This document shows positions 50,262 to 60,026 of a stretch of 64,000 nt of DNA, piece by piece. This stretch comes from Spirochaetota bacterium (GTDB taxonomy: Bacteria > Spirochaetota > UBA4802 > UBA5550). The translations under genes were made by a program, and so were the position numbers. The stretch's first letter is position 1. The number at the start of each line of letters is the position of its first letter. Under the pieces are notes generated by a model. The model was not told where the DNA came from. It did no database searches and worked only from the letters and a program-made list of their open reading frames with translations. Location: NCBI GenBank assembly GCA_963664815.2, contig CAXXHB010000003.1, positions 2,688,001 through 2,752,000 of the forward strand, given 5' to 3'.

Positions 50262-51866
50262 TTATTTTAAATTACAGGTTATTTTATATACCGGTATCTG
50301 TAATATATCAAAGCCGATCAATATGAGCTTTTTATTCTTCTTCAAAGCATTATTAAGATCTTCAAGAGGCCGTTCACCCTTAAAAACAGTGACAGGTTTT
50401 ATTTTTATTTCTGACAGGCTATGTATAATTTCCTCCCTTGATGTCCAGTTACCCATACTCTGTGAAGTACTGCTGATCCATGTTTTCATTTCAGGAATCA
50501 GGTCCATAACATCAAGGACAGAAGTTTTTTGCGGATAGAAAACACCAAGTACATTAACTGTATAATTTTCATCTTTCGGATTTACCGGATATATACGGAT
50601 AGAATTAATACCTTTTAAGTTCAAAATTACCTTTAACTCAGATACAGTAATTTCGTGAGTATTAATCGATACATCGCATTTTAATTCAGGATTACCCCAT
50701 AAGCGAACCTGGTTATCTTTTGAAGAATAACCATAATTATTTAAATCACCAATTACACCGGAACCTTCTATGGTTGCATGTTCGGCTCCTGGATAATAGC
50801 TGAACGAGCCTTCCTCTTTAATATAAAATTTATCGAATTTGATCCGGATATAATATTCGATTTTTTCTTTTACCTTTGCTTTTGTATCTGCCGAAAGTCC
50901 TTTCCACAGATATCTTGTAAGAGTCCGTATTGATTTTGAAGTATTCAGATTCCATTCATGCCACTTGTCATAATCATTATTTTCCGGAATACGGTCAAAT
51001 GATTGAGCTAAAAATGACTGAGCAATCTTATCCTTATATTTAAGGGGAAAATCCCCGCGAATATCATTCCCTTTTCCATCGACAAATGCCTTTATAATAC
51101 ATGCAGTATTGCTTGTATCGTTTCTTGCCAGTTTTCCGCTTTTTGACCGGGGTCCCCAGAGCCCTGTTTCCGGGTCCTGATTTTTATAAAACCACTGCAG
51201 CATCGCATTCTTCCACTCCGGGGAGACATTATATAAATTGTATTTTTCAATAACAGGATCCTCATAAAACAGGCTCAGAAGACATCGTGCAAAATGAAAG
51301 GATGTCTGCGGGAATCTGTTTCCGATCCACCCGACAGCAGACACCTCATTCAGATAATTGTTCAGCTTTTCAGGAGTATTGACTTCATCAAGAAATTTTA
51401 ACGGGTATTTAAGCTTAAGCGGCTGACCGGTCTCCCGTGCCAGTGCATCCAGATGATTAAGAATATTTGCTGTCGGACTTGCATATGTGCAGAATGGATA
51501 AGATTTGTCCATAAATGCACCGGTGTCCGGGTTCTGCCGGCTGAGATAAAAATCCATTTCCTCTTTTTTATCTTTAAATTCCGGGACTTTAATCAATCCC
51601 TCCTTCGTTTTCATCTGATTATTTAATTCTTTTAATTTTGAAAATGCTGTTATATAATTACCCCTGTCAAGATAATAGGCAATCCCAAGCATCCTGAATT
51701 CAAACTCCGCCATGTAATAGCCCTGTTCCTGAAGCTGTTTATTCATTTTAAACATCTCCGGTATAGAAGGAATGAATAATTTTACTCCGGCAGCAATTAT
51801 CATGAGAATAACTGCAGTTAATAATAAATACTTTTTCTTCTTTGTCATATAGTTTCCCCCTGACAT
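50262..51866 (-). CDS. Hypothetical membrane-anchored protein with QW-like repeats
   Basis: N-terminal TM; RQNPDTGAF, NQDPETGLW and EEGSFSY repeats. Confidence 0.7.
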   Translation of the reverse strand: MSGGNYMTKKKKYLLLTAVILMIIAAGVKLFIPSIPEMFKMNKQLQEQGYYMAEFEFRMLGIAYYLDRGNYITAFSKLKELNNQMKTKEGLIKVPEFKDKKEEMDFYLSRQNPDTGAFMDKSYPFCTYASPTANILNHLDALARETGQPLKLKYPLKFLDEVNTPEKLNNYLNEVSAVGWIGNRFPQTSFHFARCLLSLFYEDPVIEKYNLYNVSPEWKNAMLQWFYKNQDPETGLWGPRSKSGKLARNDTSNTACIIKAFVDGKGNDIRGDFPLKYKDKIAQSFLAQSFDRIPENNDYDKWHEWNLNTSKSIRTLTRYLWKGLSADTKAKVKEKIEYYIRIKFDKFYIKEEGSFSYYPGAEHATIEGSGVIGDLNNYGYSSKDNQVRLWGNPELKCDVSINTHEITVSELKVILNLKGINSIRIYPVNPKDENYTVNVLGVFYPQKTSVLDVMDLIPEMKTWISSTSQSMGNWTSREEIIHSLSEIKIKPVTVFKGERPLEDLNNALKKNKKLILIGFDILQIPVYKITCNLK

Positions 51867-51869
51867 TAG

Positions 51870-52091
51870 TTATTTCTGAATAATATCCCTGAACATTATT
51901 GTGCCATCAACAGATCTGAATGATATCTCAGCACGATTACTTTGAATGTTGATCTCGGTGAATCCTCTTGTGCCTGTGCGGAATACAGCAGGTATTTCAG
52001 GCTCGAAAGGTAAGTCATGCGGCCTGGCAGTATTCCCGACAACTGCAATGCGTGTAACTGTCCTGCCATGATACCTGAACAATTTTATCAT
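51870..52091 (-). pseudogene. C-terminal remnant resembling a purple-acid/calcineurin-like metallophosphoesterase
   Basis: ...GFTEINIQSNRAEISFRSVDGTIMFRDIIQK resembles the terminal beta-strands of that family; the N-terminal catalytic motifs are absent. Confidence 0.45.
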
Positions 52092-52572
52092 TTATAAAAC
52101 CGGCATTGCTGTATTTGAAACTGTATAGCGGCCCCATGTAGATTTCTTTATATATCTTAAAAGCAGCCCCTATTACAAAAGGGTAATATACTGCATCATA
52201 GTCTTCACCCATGTAATCATCGGGATAGTTCTGATATCCAAATGACCCATCAATAATACAAAAATTATTTTTAAAATATTTACTATATTCAACCATAACG
52301 TCATATTGTTTGGCCAGGTTGCAGCTCGTGACGAATGCAATTTCATCAGTATCCCGGCTATCATCTTCAGGTTTAAAATAAATTACCGCTGCGGCGCCAA
52401 GTGTTAAACTCGAATCATTATCGTAGCCGATTATCGGGTGAGCGCCAATCCCCCATCTGCTTTCATCTTCCGGTTCAGCTGATACAGCATTATCAGCATA
52501 ACAATCCCCGGTGTATATGACCGCAGTAAAGAAGGCTGCCATGAGTAACAGAGCATGAAAATATTTTTTCAT
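52015..52572 (-). pseudogene. Truncated BamA/TamA-like barrel gene
   Basis: Signal peptide and first strands parallel 8905..9990 (PIIGYDND.SLTLG, DTDEI.F....KQ, IYMGP), then similarity breaks off at ~165 aa. Confidence 0.6.
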
Positions 52573-52787
52573 TCTTTATCCTTTGTTGTTTTTCAATTTA
52601 CATATTGATTCTTCAATCCGGCTGATTCAGATTTTTGCCGGGTGTTTCTTAAAATAATTTAAGTAAGATTTTTAAGGAGGGGCAGGAAAAATATACAGGG
52701 TAAAGTTATCCGATGTCAATAGCAGTAAACTTCTATTTTGGTAAAAAAAATAAAAAAGTTAAATATGGAAGAAAACTTCTACTGATT

Positions 52788-53696
52788 TCATAAATCTGAC
52801 TGAATCAGGTTAATTAACTGAATACGGTTTTTAACATTAAGTTTCTGATATATATTATAAATATGCTTTTCAACAGTACTGACTGAGATAAGCATTTTAT
52901 CGCTGATTTCACTGTTTGAATAACCTGTTTTTATCAGTTTAATAATCTCTTTTTCTCTTCTGGTTATATTGTATTTTGTCTGAAAATAATCGCCTGACTG
53001 ATCAGCAGCCTGGTCCTTCAACCGGTCTTTTTCTTTGACCATCGGGGAGGCTAAGTAGAAAAAACAGAAAATAATACTTAAAGTATTAATTATAATGGAG
53101 GATACCGGAAGCTGAATGCTGGTTTCTCCGAGTATTATATCAAGTATTTCCAGCGGGAAAAAAACGACTGCCAGTATAAGAAATGTTAAAATTATTATTT
53201 TTAATTTTTTATCAGATACATTTTTCAGATTAAATACAACCGTACATATACAATAAGCAATTAATAATACAAAGAATGTATTTATAATAAAATAATCGTA
53301 AACAAGATGGTATTTAAACATGGCCTTTAAAATATAAAGGGATAAAGCAGACAGGGATATTGACAAAAAAACTGCTTTTTTTAATAAATTCAATTTCACA
53401 TGCATTATATGATTTATAAACACGGGTAAAATAAAAAGGAAAACCGATAAACCGAAGACTTTTATTGTTTTTAAAATTATTAATAATTGTTCATTACCCG
53501 GAGGGAAACTTTCGAAATATAATTTCACCATTACATGCATCAATTTGGTAAGCATTGAAAATGACAATAGAGTAAAGAACAAATATACTTTTTTACGATG
53601 GCTGATATATAGAAAGACTGTACAACATATGGTAATAAATCCGGTTGATAAGGCAACCAGATAAAGGACAAACGGGACTAAAGAGGGATATTTCAT
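52788..53696 (-). CDS. Membrane-bound LuxR-family regulator
   Basis: About seven TM segments plus C-terminal ITRREKEI...GYSNSEI...STVEKHIYNIYQKL HTH. Confidence 0.92.
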   Translation of the reverse strand: MKYPSLVPFVLYLVALSTGFITICCTVFLYISHRKKVYLFFTLLSFSMLTKLMHVMVKLYFESFPPGNEQLLIILKTIKVFGLSVFLFILPVFINHIMHVKLNLLKKAVFLSISLSALSLYILKAMFKYHLVYDYFIINTFFVLLIAYCICTVVFNLKNVSDKKLKIIILTFLILAVVFFPLEILDIILGETSIQLPVSSIIINTLSIIFCFFYLASPMVKEKDRLKDQAADQSGDYFQTKYNITRREKEIIKLIKTGYSNSEISDKMLISVSTVEKHIYNIYQKLNVKNRIQLINLIQSDL

Positions 53697-53964
53697 TTTT
53701 ATATTATATTAACCGGGAAATTTAATGCAATTTATAATATCATAAGCTGACGGATTATAAAATACAATGAACTTTTGTCAATTAATGATTTATTTAAACC
53801 CCTCCGGCGATCCCCGGGGTATCCCGGAGTAAAGGCTTTAAAAAGAATACAGAGGGATGAGTAAATAGCCAGGATGAAGAATAAATAATCCAGGTTCCCG
53901 AAGCTCCGTTTGTATGATGAAAATCTGCAACCATAGAACATTAAAAAATTAAAAAACTTTATTC

Positions 53965-54447
53965 TTACTTCAAAACTGTCTCTTTATGCCATGCATGAAA
54001 AAAATCAAAAGATGAACGAATCAAAGGAATTCCCATCCCCATATAAAATGTGTTGAGGTACTCAGGATTGACAATCTGAAAATGCCTGATAGTAATACCG
54101 GTTGTAATCATAACACACATTAAAACATATCCTTTCGCATCAAAAAATGAGAATGGAGAATTTCTGACATTTTTTTTATTCCTGATTCTTGTTATATGCT
54201 TTATTGATATTTTAATGAACAGCAGAATATAAAAAAAAGCGCCGATGATTAAAGCAGTAATCACTTCAGAATATTTATGATGTCCATTAATATATATATA
54301 TAAAGATCCCCGGATAAAAAGCATAGCGCCTGCAAATAGCCACACAAATCCGGCAACCAGCAGCAAGCCCTCTTTATTTATGCCGGGAATGTATTTGGTG
54401 AGTAAATTTTTTATAAAGTTATACATTACCTGATAAAACCTTTCCAC
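53965..54447 (-). CDS. Hypothetical 4-TM membrane protein
   Basis: LLLVAGFVW..AG.ML..RG and F.FF..KGY.LM..M...GI..R pattern; start uncertain. Confidence 0.7.
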   Translation of the reverse strand: MERFYQVMYNFIKNLLTKYIPGINKEGLLLVAGFVWLFAGAMLFIRGSLYIYINGHHKYSEVITALIIGAFFYILLFIKISIKHITRIRNKKNVRNSPFSFFDAKGYVLMCVMITTGITIRHFQIVNPEYLNTFYMGMGIPLIRSSFDFFHAWHKETVLK

Positions 54448-54819
54448 TCTTAATTAAATAGACTAATATGCTATTTAATAAGTGAATTGATATTTCATGC
54501 TGAAATTTTTCAATCTTATTTTATTAATACCCTTTCTTCAGTTTTTATTTTTAAATGATATTCCTTTGTTTTGAAATTATAACATTATCTGCATGTCCTG
54601 CAATAAATTCATGGCAGTACAAAAGCAGAAGATAAGCTCTGAAACTACATCATGAAATATTCATGGCTGAAATTACCAGATTCAGCACAAACTCCAGGTT
54701 GCGCCGGGGTACTTATTTTAAAAATTTTAAATTCAGAGAATTTAATATTAACAAAACTTCTTTTATATTCTCTATTTTTTTGATGTTGTTATTCATTCCT
54801 GAACAATTACAGAGGATAT

Positions 54820-55899
54820 ATGAAGAAGCTGTTAAAATTGATACCGGTTGTGTTCTGTTGTTTTGTTGCGTTTTTTTTTGCAGGTTGCGAATACAACAGC
54901 GGCAATATGGACATTTATGCAGCCGGGTACAGCATAAATAATTTAAACATTGAGATTCCCGGTTACTGGCAGAATAATTCCTGGAATTCACTAACACCGC
55001 TTAACCAGATGAAAAGCTCTGCGGTTTCCTCGTTTGTCGTAACAGATAATGATGTCTATGCAGCCGGATATTGCGTAAACACTTCAGATATTGAGGTTCC
55101 GGGTTACTGGAAAAATGGCACATGGCTTTCACTTCCTCCTCTTGATTCAACAAAAAATTCCGCTGTTTCAGCATTCGTTGTATCAGATACTGACGTTTAT
55201 GCAGCCGGATTCAGTATAAACAGTTCAGGTGTTTATATTCCGGGATACTGGAAAAATGGCACATGGATTTCACTTCCTTCCCTTAATTCAGCGAAAAATT
55301 CATGGGTTTCATCAATTGTTGTATCAGGAAGTGATATATACACAGCCGGATACAGTATAAACAGTTCAGATATTGTAGCTCCCGGTTACTGGAAAAATGG
55401 TACATGGATTTCACTTCCTCCCATTGATTCAACAAAAAATTCAGCTGTTTCAGCATTCGTTGTATCAGATACTGATGTTTATGCAGCCGGATTCAGCATA
55501 AACAGTGCAGGTGTTTATATTCCGGGATACTGGAAAAATGGCATATGGCATACACTTACTCCGCTTGATTCAACGAAAAACTCCAGGGTTTCATCACTGG
55601 CAATATCTGATAACGATGTTTATGCTGCAGGGTACAGCACTGATAATTCAGACATCGAAGTTCCAGGTTACTGGAAAAACGGCACATGGCATACACTTGC
55701 CCCCCTTGATTCAACAAAAAATTCCAGGGTTTCATCACTGGCAATATCTGATAACGATGTTTATGCTGCAGGGTACAGCACTGATAATTCAGACATCGAA
55801 GTTCCAGGTTACTGGAAAAACGGCACATGGCATACACTTGCCCCCCTTGATTCAACAAAAAATTCCAGGGTTTCTTCGCTTCTGGTTATCAGTGAATAA
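54820..55899 (+). CDS. Lipoprotein of seven 47-aa tandem repeats (probable beta-propeller)
   Basis: Lipobox FAGC; repeat DVYAAGYS......PGYWKNG.W..L.PLDSTKNS.VS; 141-nt DNA period. Confidence 0.9.
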   Translation: MKKLLKLIPVVFCCFVAFFFAGCEYNSGNMDIYAAGYSINNLNIEIPGYWQNNSWNSLTPLNQMKSSAVSSFVVTDNDVYAAGYCVNTSDIEVPGYWKNGTWLSLPPLDSTKNSAVSAFVVSDTDVYAAGFSINSSGVYIPGYWKNGTWISLPSLNSAKNSWVSSIVVSGSDIYTAGYSINSSDIVAPGYWKNGTWISLPPIDSTKNSAVSAFVVSDTDVYAAGFSINSAGVYIPGYWKNGIWHTLTPLDSTKNSRVSSLAISDNDVYAAGYSTDNSDIEVPGYWKNGTWHTLAPLDSTKNSRVSSLAISDNDVYAAGYSTDNSDIEVPGYWKNGTWHTLAPLDSTKNSRVSSLLVISE

Positions 55900-55953
55900 A
55901 TCAAAATATTCCCTGAATTTAATGCCTGATTATTTTATTCCCCGGAGTGTGCT

Positions 55954-56145
55954 ATGTTAAAAATAACCCGTTACATTATTCCCATTTTTATACTCTCTGT
56001 TACAATATCCTGTAAGAGCTTTGATAAAAATCTGAACCCGACCCCTTTAAATGATTTTTATCCCCCCGGTTTTATATCTGATAATCAATCCCCATTTGCA
56101 AATCAAGCCAGATATGATATTTTTTCAGTAATAATTCTTCATTAA
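55954..56145 (+). CDS. Short lipoprotein-like ORF, possibly truncated
   Basis: GGAG RBS, signal with ISC lipobox, only 63 aa; a 13-bp tandem duplication (AACACATATTTCA x2, 56144-56169) sits at its stop. Confidence 0.45.
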   Translation: MLKITRYIIPIFILSVTISCKSFDKNLNPTPLNDFYPPGFISDNQSPFANQARYDIFSVIILH

Positions 56146-56323
56146 CACATATTTCAAACACATATTTCAGTTTAAAACCAACAATTACATCTCTCTGCCG
56201 CCGAATTCGATGGAGAAAATTTAATATTTTATGTTATAAAAATTAAGGAATATTTATTGATTTTTTGTCATAAAAACTGTCAGAATGTTAATTCTGAAAA
56301 AAATACGGTTCAGGTGGTAAAAA

Positions 56324-57025
56324 ATGAAAATTATTAAAGTAAAACATCTTGTCATTATGGCCATTCTTTTTGTCTCAACAAATGCTTTTCCAATAACAGC
56401 TGATGAACTTTACAAGTGGCTTAACGATAAGCCTGTAGGGAAAACAATTAATGTTCAGCTATGGACTGCTCCATTTATTATGGAAAATAATCCGCCTAGT
56501 GATGCAAACAAATCTCTCAAATTTTATAAACGATTTGTCGGTAGTTTATCACCGAAAGAATTCAAGCTTACAAATGGTTCAACTATCAACTTTGATGGTG
56601 TTTATCTGCCAGACAAACTGAATCAATGCACCTGGATTAATGCAACCCAGGACAGCCACTCAATTGTAATCAGCGGTCAGTTTTCCGGCTGCACATTTGC
56701 ATTGTGCACCGGTAAAAATAATAATACTTATGCCGCACATATCTTTAACAGCAGACCGATAACGAATCAGAATTTAGAGGCGGCAAACTTCAGGACAGAT
56801 TGTGGAGAGGGGGGAACTGCTTCTCTTGTTGCAGGTTTTAAAACTGAAAAAAGAGTACAGGGTACAGCTGCATTTGGTTATGTTATAGGCACTTTTGTAG
56901 GGGGATGGAAATGGAAATGGGTTACTATGTCAAATGCACAAAAAAACAAACAGACAATCTTATCCTGCGAGGATATAGTTGTAAAAGACTGGTTCTATTT
57001 CCCTTTACCTGATAAAGAAAAATAA
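56324..57025 (+). CDS. Secreted protein with a CNF1/BLF1-like deamidase motif
   Basis: Sec signal; IVISGQFSGCTFALCTG....YAAHIF (Cys123, His139). Confidence 0.7.
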   Translation: MKIIKVKHLVIMAILFVSTNAFPITADELYKWLNDKPVGKTINVQLWTAPFIMENNPPSDANKSLKFYKRFVGSLSPKEFKLTNGSTINFDGVYLPDKLNQCTWINATQDSHSIVISGQFSGCTFALCTGKNNNTYAAHIFNSRPITNQNLEAANFRTDCGEGGTASLVAGFKTEKRVQGTAAFGYVIGTFVGGWKWKWVTMSNAQKNKQTILSCEDIVVKDWFYFPLPDKEK

Positions 57026-57044
57026 CAGGCAGCAGTTTTTTTAT

Positions 57045-58448
57045 TTACACCTGGAATTCAAGAACAAACCTTGTTCCCCCGTTGCGCTCTATCCTTATAT
57101 TTGCGCCGATCTGTTTGGTGAGCATGTTCACCAGCTGCATGCCAAAACCGGGGGAATTTTCAAAACTCATTGATTCGGGTATACCGATACCGTTATCGGC
57201 GATTAAAACCGTCACATTCCCCCCTTTGAGCGTTGCAGATACTGTAATCTGCCTGTCGCTCATGCCATGAAAAGCGTACTTCATGATATTGGTAATCAGT
57301 TCGTTGATAATGATTCCCAGCGGCTGTAATTTATTCACCTCAAGAACAAAGTCGTCAAATTTTTTCTCTATCTTCACTGATTTACCGTTGGGAAAGTTTT
57401 CAACAATTTCATTTATCAGAGACGACAGATAATATACAACCGGCATTTCGTTAAAATCATAAAATGAATACAGTTTATCATACAATAGAGACATACTCTG
57501 CACGCGGTTTCCTGCATCGTTCAGTGCAGAAACTGCGGAAGAATCTTTTAATGACTCTGCCTGCAGCATAAGAAGCGCATATAGGGTGTTCATGTTGTTT
57601 TTTATTCTATGGTGCATCTCCTTTAACAGAAGTTCTTTTTCCAGCAGCAGTGATTTGACTCTGTCTTCAGCCTGTTTTCGTTCGGTAATATCATGACCTA
57701 CAGACTGAAACTCCTTGAGGTTTCCCTCTTCATTAAAAAGAGGGACATCGTTCCACCGGTACCAGCGTATTCCATCTTTTGCTTCTACTTCATGCACATA
57801 GGAATACACCCTCCTTGCCACCACCGCTTTTCTGTAATTTTCCATTACCTCATACCGTGAGCTCTCAGGAATAAACTCAATCCATTTTACTCCGGTCAGT
57901 TCCTCCTTTGATTTCCCCATTAGGAGACAATACGCTTCATTAACGAAAGTAAGAGTTGTATCAGGGAGCCAGATACACACAGCTTCGAGCTGGGATTCAA
58001 CAAGCGTGCGGTATCTCTCCTCACTTTCGCACAGCAGTTTATCCTTGGTTTTATTTTTCATTTTCTCATCAAAAAGTCTGAATGCCATCTTCATAGACAT
58101 ATCAAGAACCGCATCCCCCGAGTTCTTTACAACATAACCGTAAGAGGTTATTTTCTCTGTTTTCCTGACTATTTCCGGTTCAATATGATTGGACAGAAAA
58201 ACTACAGGAATATCACGTTCCCTTAGCATTACTATTGCTGTATCAGTACCATCCATCCCTTTCCCGAGATCTATATCCATAAGAACAAGATCAATCGAAC
58301 TATCCGACTTAAATATTTCTATTGCTTCCAGGCCGGAACCCGCTGTTATAACTTTATAACCATAATCCTCAAGGATGTTTTTCTGTAATAATGTTATAAT
58401 TGCTTCATCATCCACAAGGAGGATTGTTTTTTTACTCCCTTCACTCAT
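57045..58448 (-). CDS. REC-PAS-histidine kinase (HisKA_2 type)
   Basis: LVDDE...LMDIDL, PAS, EMHHRIKNNM, NELITN, DNGIG, GFG; start taken at MSEGS. Confidence 0.92.
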   Translation of the reverse strand: MSEGSKKTILLVDDEAIITLLQKNILEDYGYKVITAGSGLEAIEIFKSDSSIDLVLMDIDLGKGMDGTDTAIVMLRERDIPVVFLSNHIEPEIVRKTEKITSYGYVVKNSGDAVLDMSMKMAFRLFDEKMKNKTKDKLLCESEERYRTLVESQLEAVCIWLPDTTLTFVNEAYCLLMGKSKEELTGVKWIEFIPESSRYEVMENYRKAVVARRVYSYVHEVEAKDGIRWYRWNDVPLFNEEGNLKEFQSVGHDITERKQAEDRVKSLLLEKELLLKEMHHRIKNNMNTLYALLMLQAESLKDSSAVSALNDAGNRVQSMSLLYDKLYSFYDFNEMPVVYYLSSLINEIVENFPNGKSVKIEKKFDDFVLEVNKLQPLGIIINELITNIMKYAFHGMSDRQITVSATLKGGNVTVLIADNGIGIPESMSFENSPGFGMQLVNMLTKQIGANIRIERNGGTRFVLEFQV

Positions 58449-58685
58449 AATATATCCTGTATAAGTATTCAATAAGAATTGATTTTATTTCATCAAATAA
58501 GGTTGAAGTTAAATTTAAGAAAATCAGGAAACGCAGCATGAAATTCAAACTATTTTTAACCAGGTATTACAGGAGGGTAATATATATAAATTTCAAGAAG
58601 TTTTTTATTATCAGGCATGTATTATTGTTGATAACAAAATTTTTTCTGATATTTGCAACTATGGTCCGATTTATACACTTTTACG

Positions 58686-59603
58686 GGTGCATAAGTGAAC
58701 ATGTCTGTTTCGACTCCGCTCAACGAGCGGTGCATAAGTGAACATGTCTGTTTCGACTCCGCTCAACGAGCGGTGCGCGAGTGAACATTCTCGTTTCGAC
58801 TCCGCTCAACGAGCGGTGCACGAATGAACATGTCTGTTTCGACTCCGCTCAACGAGCGGTGCGCGAGTGAACATTCTCGTTTCGACTCCGCTCAACGAGC
58901 GGTGCACGAGTAAACATGCTCGTTTCGACTCCGCTCAACGAGCAGTGCGCGAGTTAACATGCTCGTTTCGACTCCGCTCAACGAGCAGTGCGCGAGTGAA
59001 CTTGTCCGTTTCGACTCCGATCAACGAGCAGTGCGCGAGTGAACTTGTCCGTTTCGACTCCGATCAACGGGCGGTGCACGAATGAACATGCTCGTTTCGA
59101 CTCCGCTCAACGGGCGGTGTGCGAGTAAACATGCTCGTTTCGACTCCGCTCAACGGGCGGTGCGCGAGTGAACATTCTCGTTTCGACTCCGCTCAACGAG
59201 CGGTGCACGAGTAAACATGCTCGTTTCGACTCCGCTCAACGAGCAGTGCGCGAGTTAACATGCTCGTTTCGACTCCGCTCAACGAGCAGTGCGCGAGTTA
59301 ACTTTCTCGTTTCGACTCCGCTCAACGAGCAGTGCGCGAGTTAACATTCTCGTTTCGACTCCGCTCAACGAGCGGTGCACGAGTAAACATGCTCGTTTCG
59401 ACTCCGCTCAACGAGCAGTGCGCGAGTGAACTTGTCCGTTTCGACTCCGATCAACGGGCGGTGCACGAATGAACATGCTCGTTTCGACTCCGCTCAACGG
59501 GCGGTGTGCGAGTAAACATGCTCGTTTCGACTCCGCTCAACGGGCGGTGCGCGAGTGAACATTCTCGTTTCGACTCCGCTCAACGAGCGGTGCACGAATG
59601 AAC
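58686..59603 (+). repeat. Tandem array of 21 x 43-bp REP-like units
   Basis: GTTTCGACTCCGCTCAACG recurs every 43 bp from 58707 to 59567; consensus GTTTCGACTCCGCTCAACGAGCGGTGCGCGAGTGAACATGCTC. Confidence 0.97.
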
Positions 59604-59763
59604 CATCTAAAATTTATGCACACCACGCTCCCTGAGCGGAGTCGAAGGGTGCTGTTCATGTGGTTCGACAGGCTCACCAACCGTGATGTCGAAGAGCTTG
59701 CCCTGAGCGGAGTCGAAGGGTGCTTTTTATGTAGTTCGACAGATTCAACAGCCGTGGAGTCGG
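59604..59763. repeat. Terminal module with inverted REP copies
   Basis: CCTGAGCGGAGTCGAAGGG at 59631 and 59702 (71-bp period), complementary to the array core, alternating with TTCGACAGGCTCA-type half-sites. Confidence 0.85.
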
Positions 59764-59923
59764 GAAAGACCTGCTTGTTATGATAGTGTCAAATACCGGA
59801 AATCTAATCATGAAAATCCTTTAATTCTTTAATTCCGGTTAAGAAAGCTGTATTTATATTCCTTAGCACATGCCGGATGCTGTCCCGGCAGGCATATCAG
59901 CAATACTTCACATTGTTTAGTGG

Positions 59924-59968
59924 TTGACATTTAACTGTTATTAGCATTATTATATATAATAATGCTAA
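59924..59968 (+). promoter_or_regulatory. Putative sigma-70 promoter overlapped by a perfect 28-bp palindrome
   Basis: TTGACA at 59924, TATTAT at 59948; TTAGCATTATTATA|TATAATAATGCTAA at 59941-59968. Confidence 0.6.
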
Positions 59969-60026
59969 ATTAAGGATCTGTATCCGTAATAAAGCGATAA
60001 ATAAAATATACCGGAGGAGTGATAAA

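Noticed and set aside
53801-53829. GC-rich imperfect hairpin upstream of the LuxR gene
   Set aside because: Single copy and compatible with an ordinary terminator of the upstream gene; nothing further supports a special role.
58686-59603. CRISPR or TIGR-type guide array
   Set aside because: The segments between conserved cores are near-identical variants that recur, not unique spacers, and no cas or Nop-domain gene is in the window.
58538-59783. ORFs 58538..58741, 58867..59085 and 59598..59783
   Set aside because: They are read-throughs of the repeat array and REP module, with no independent coding evidence.
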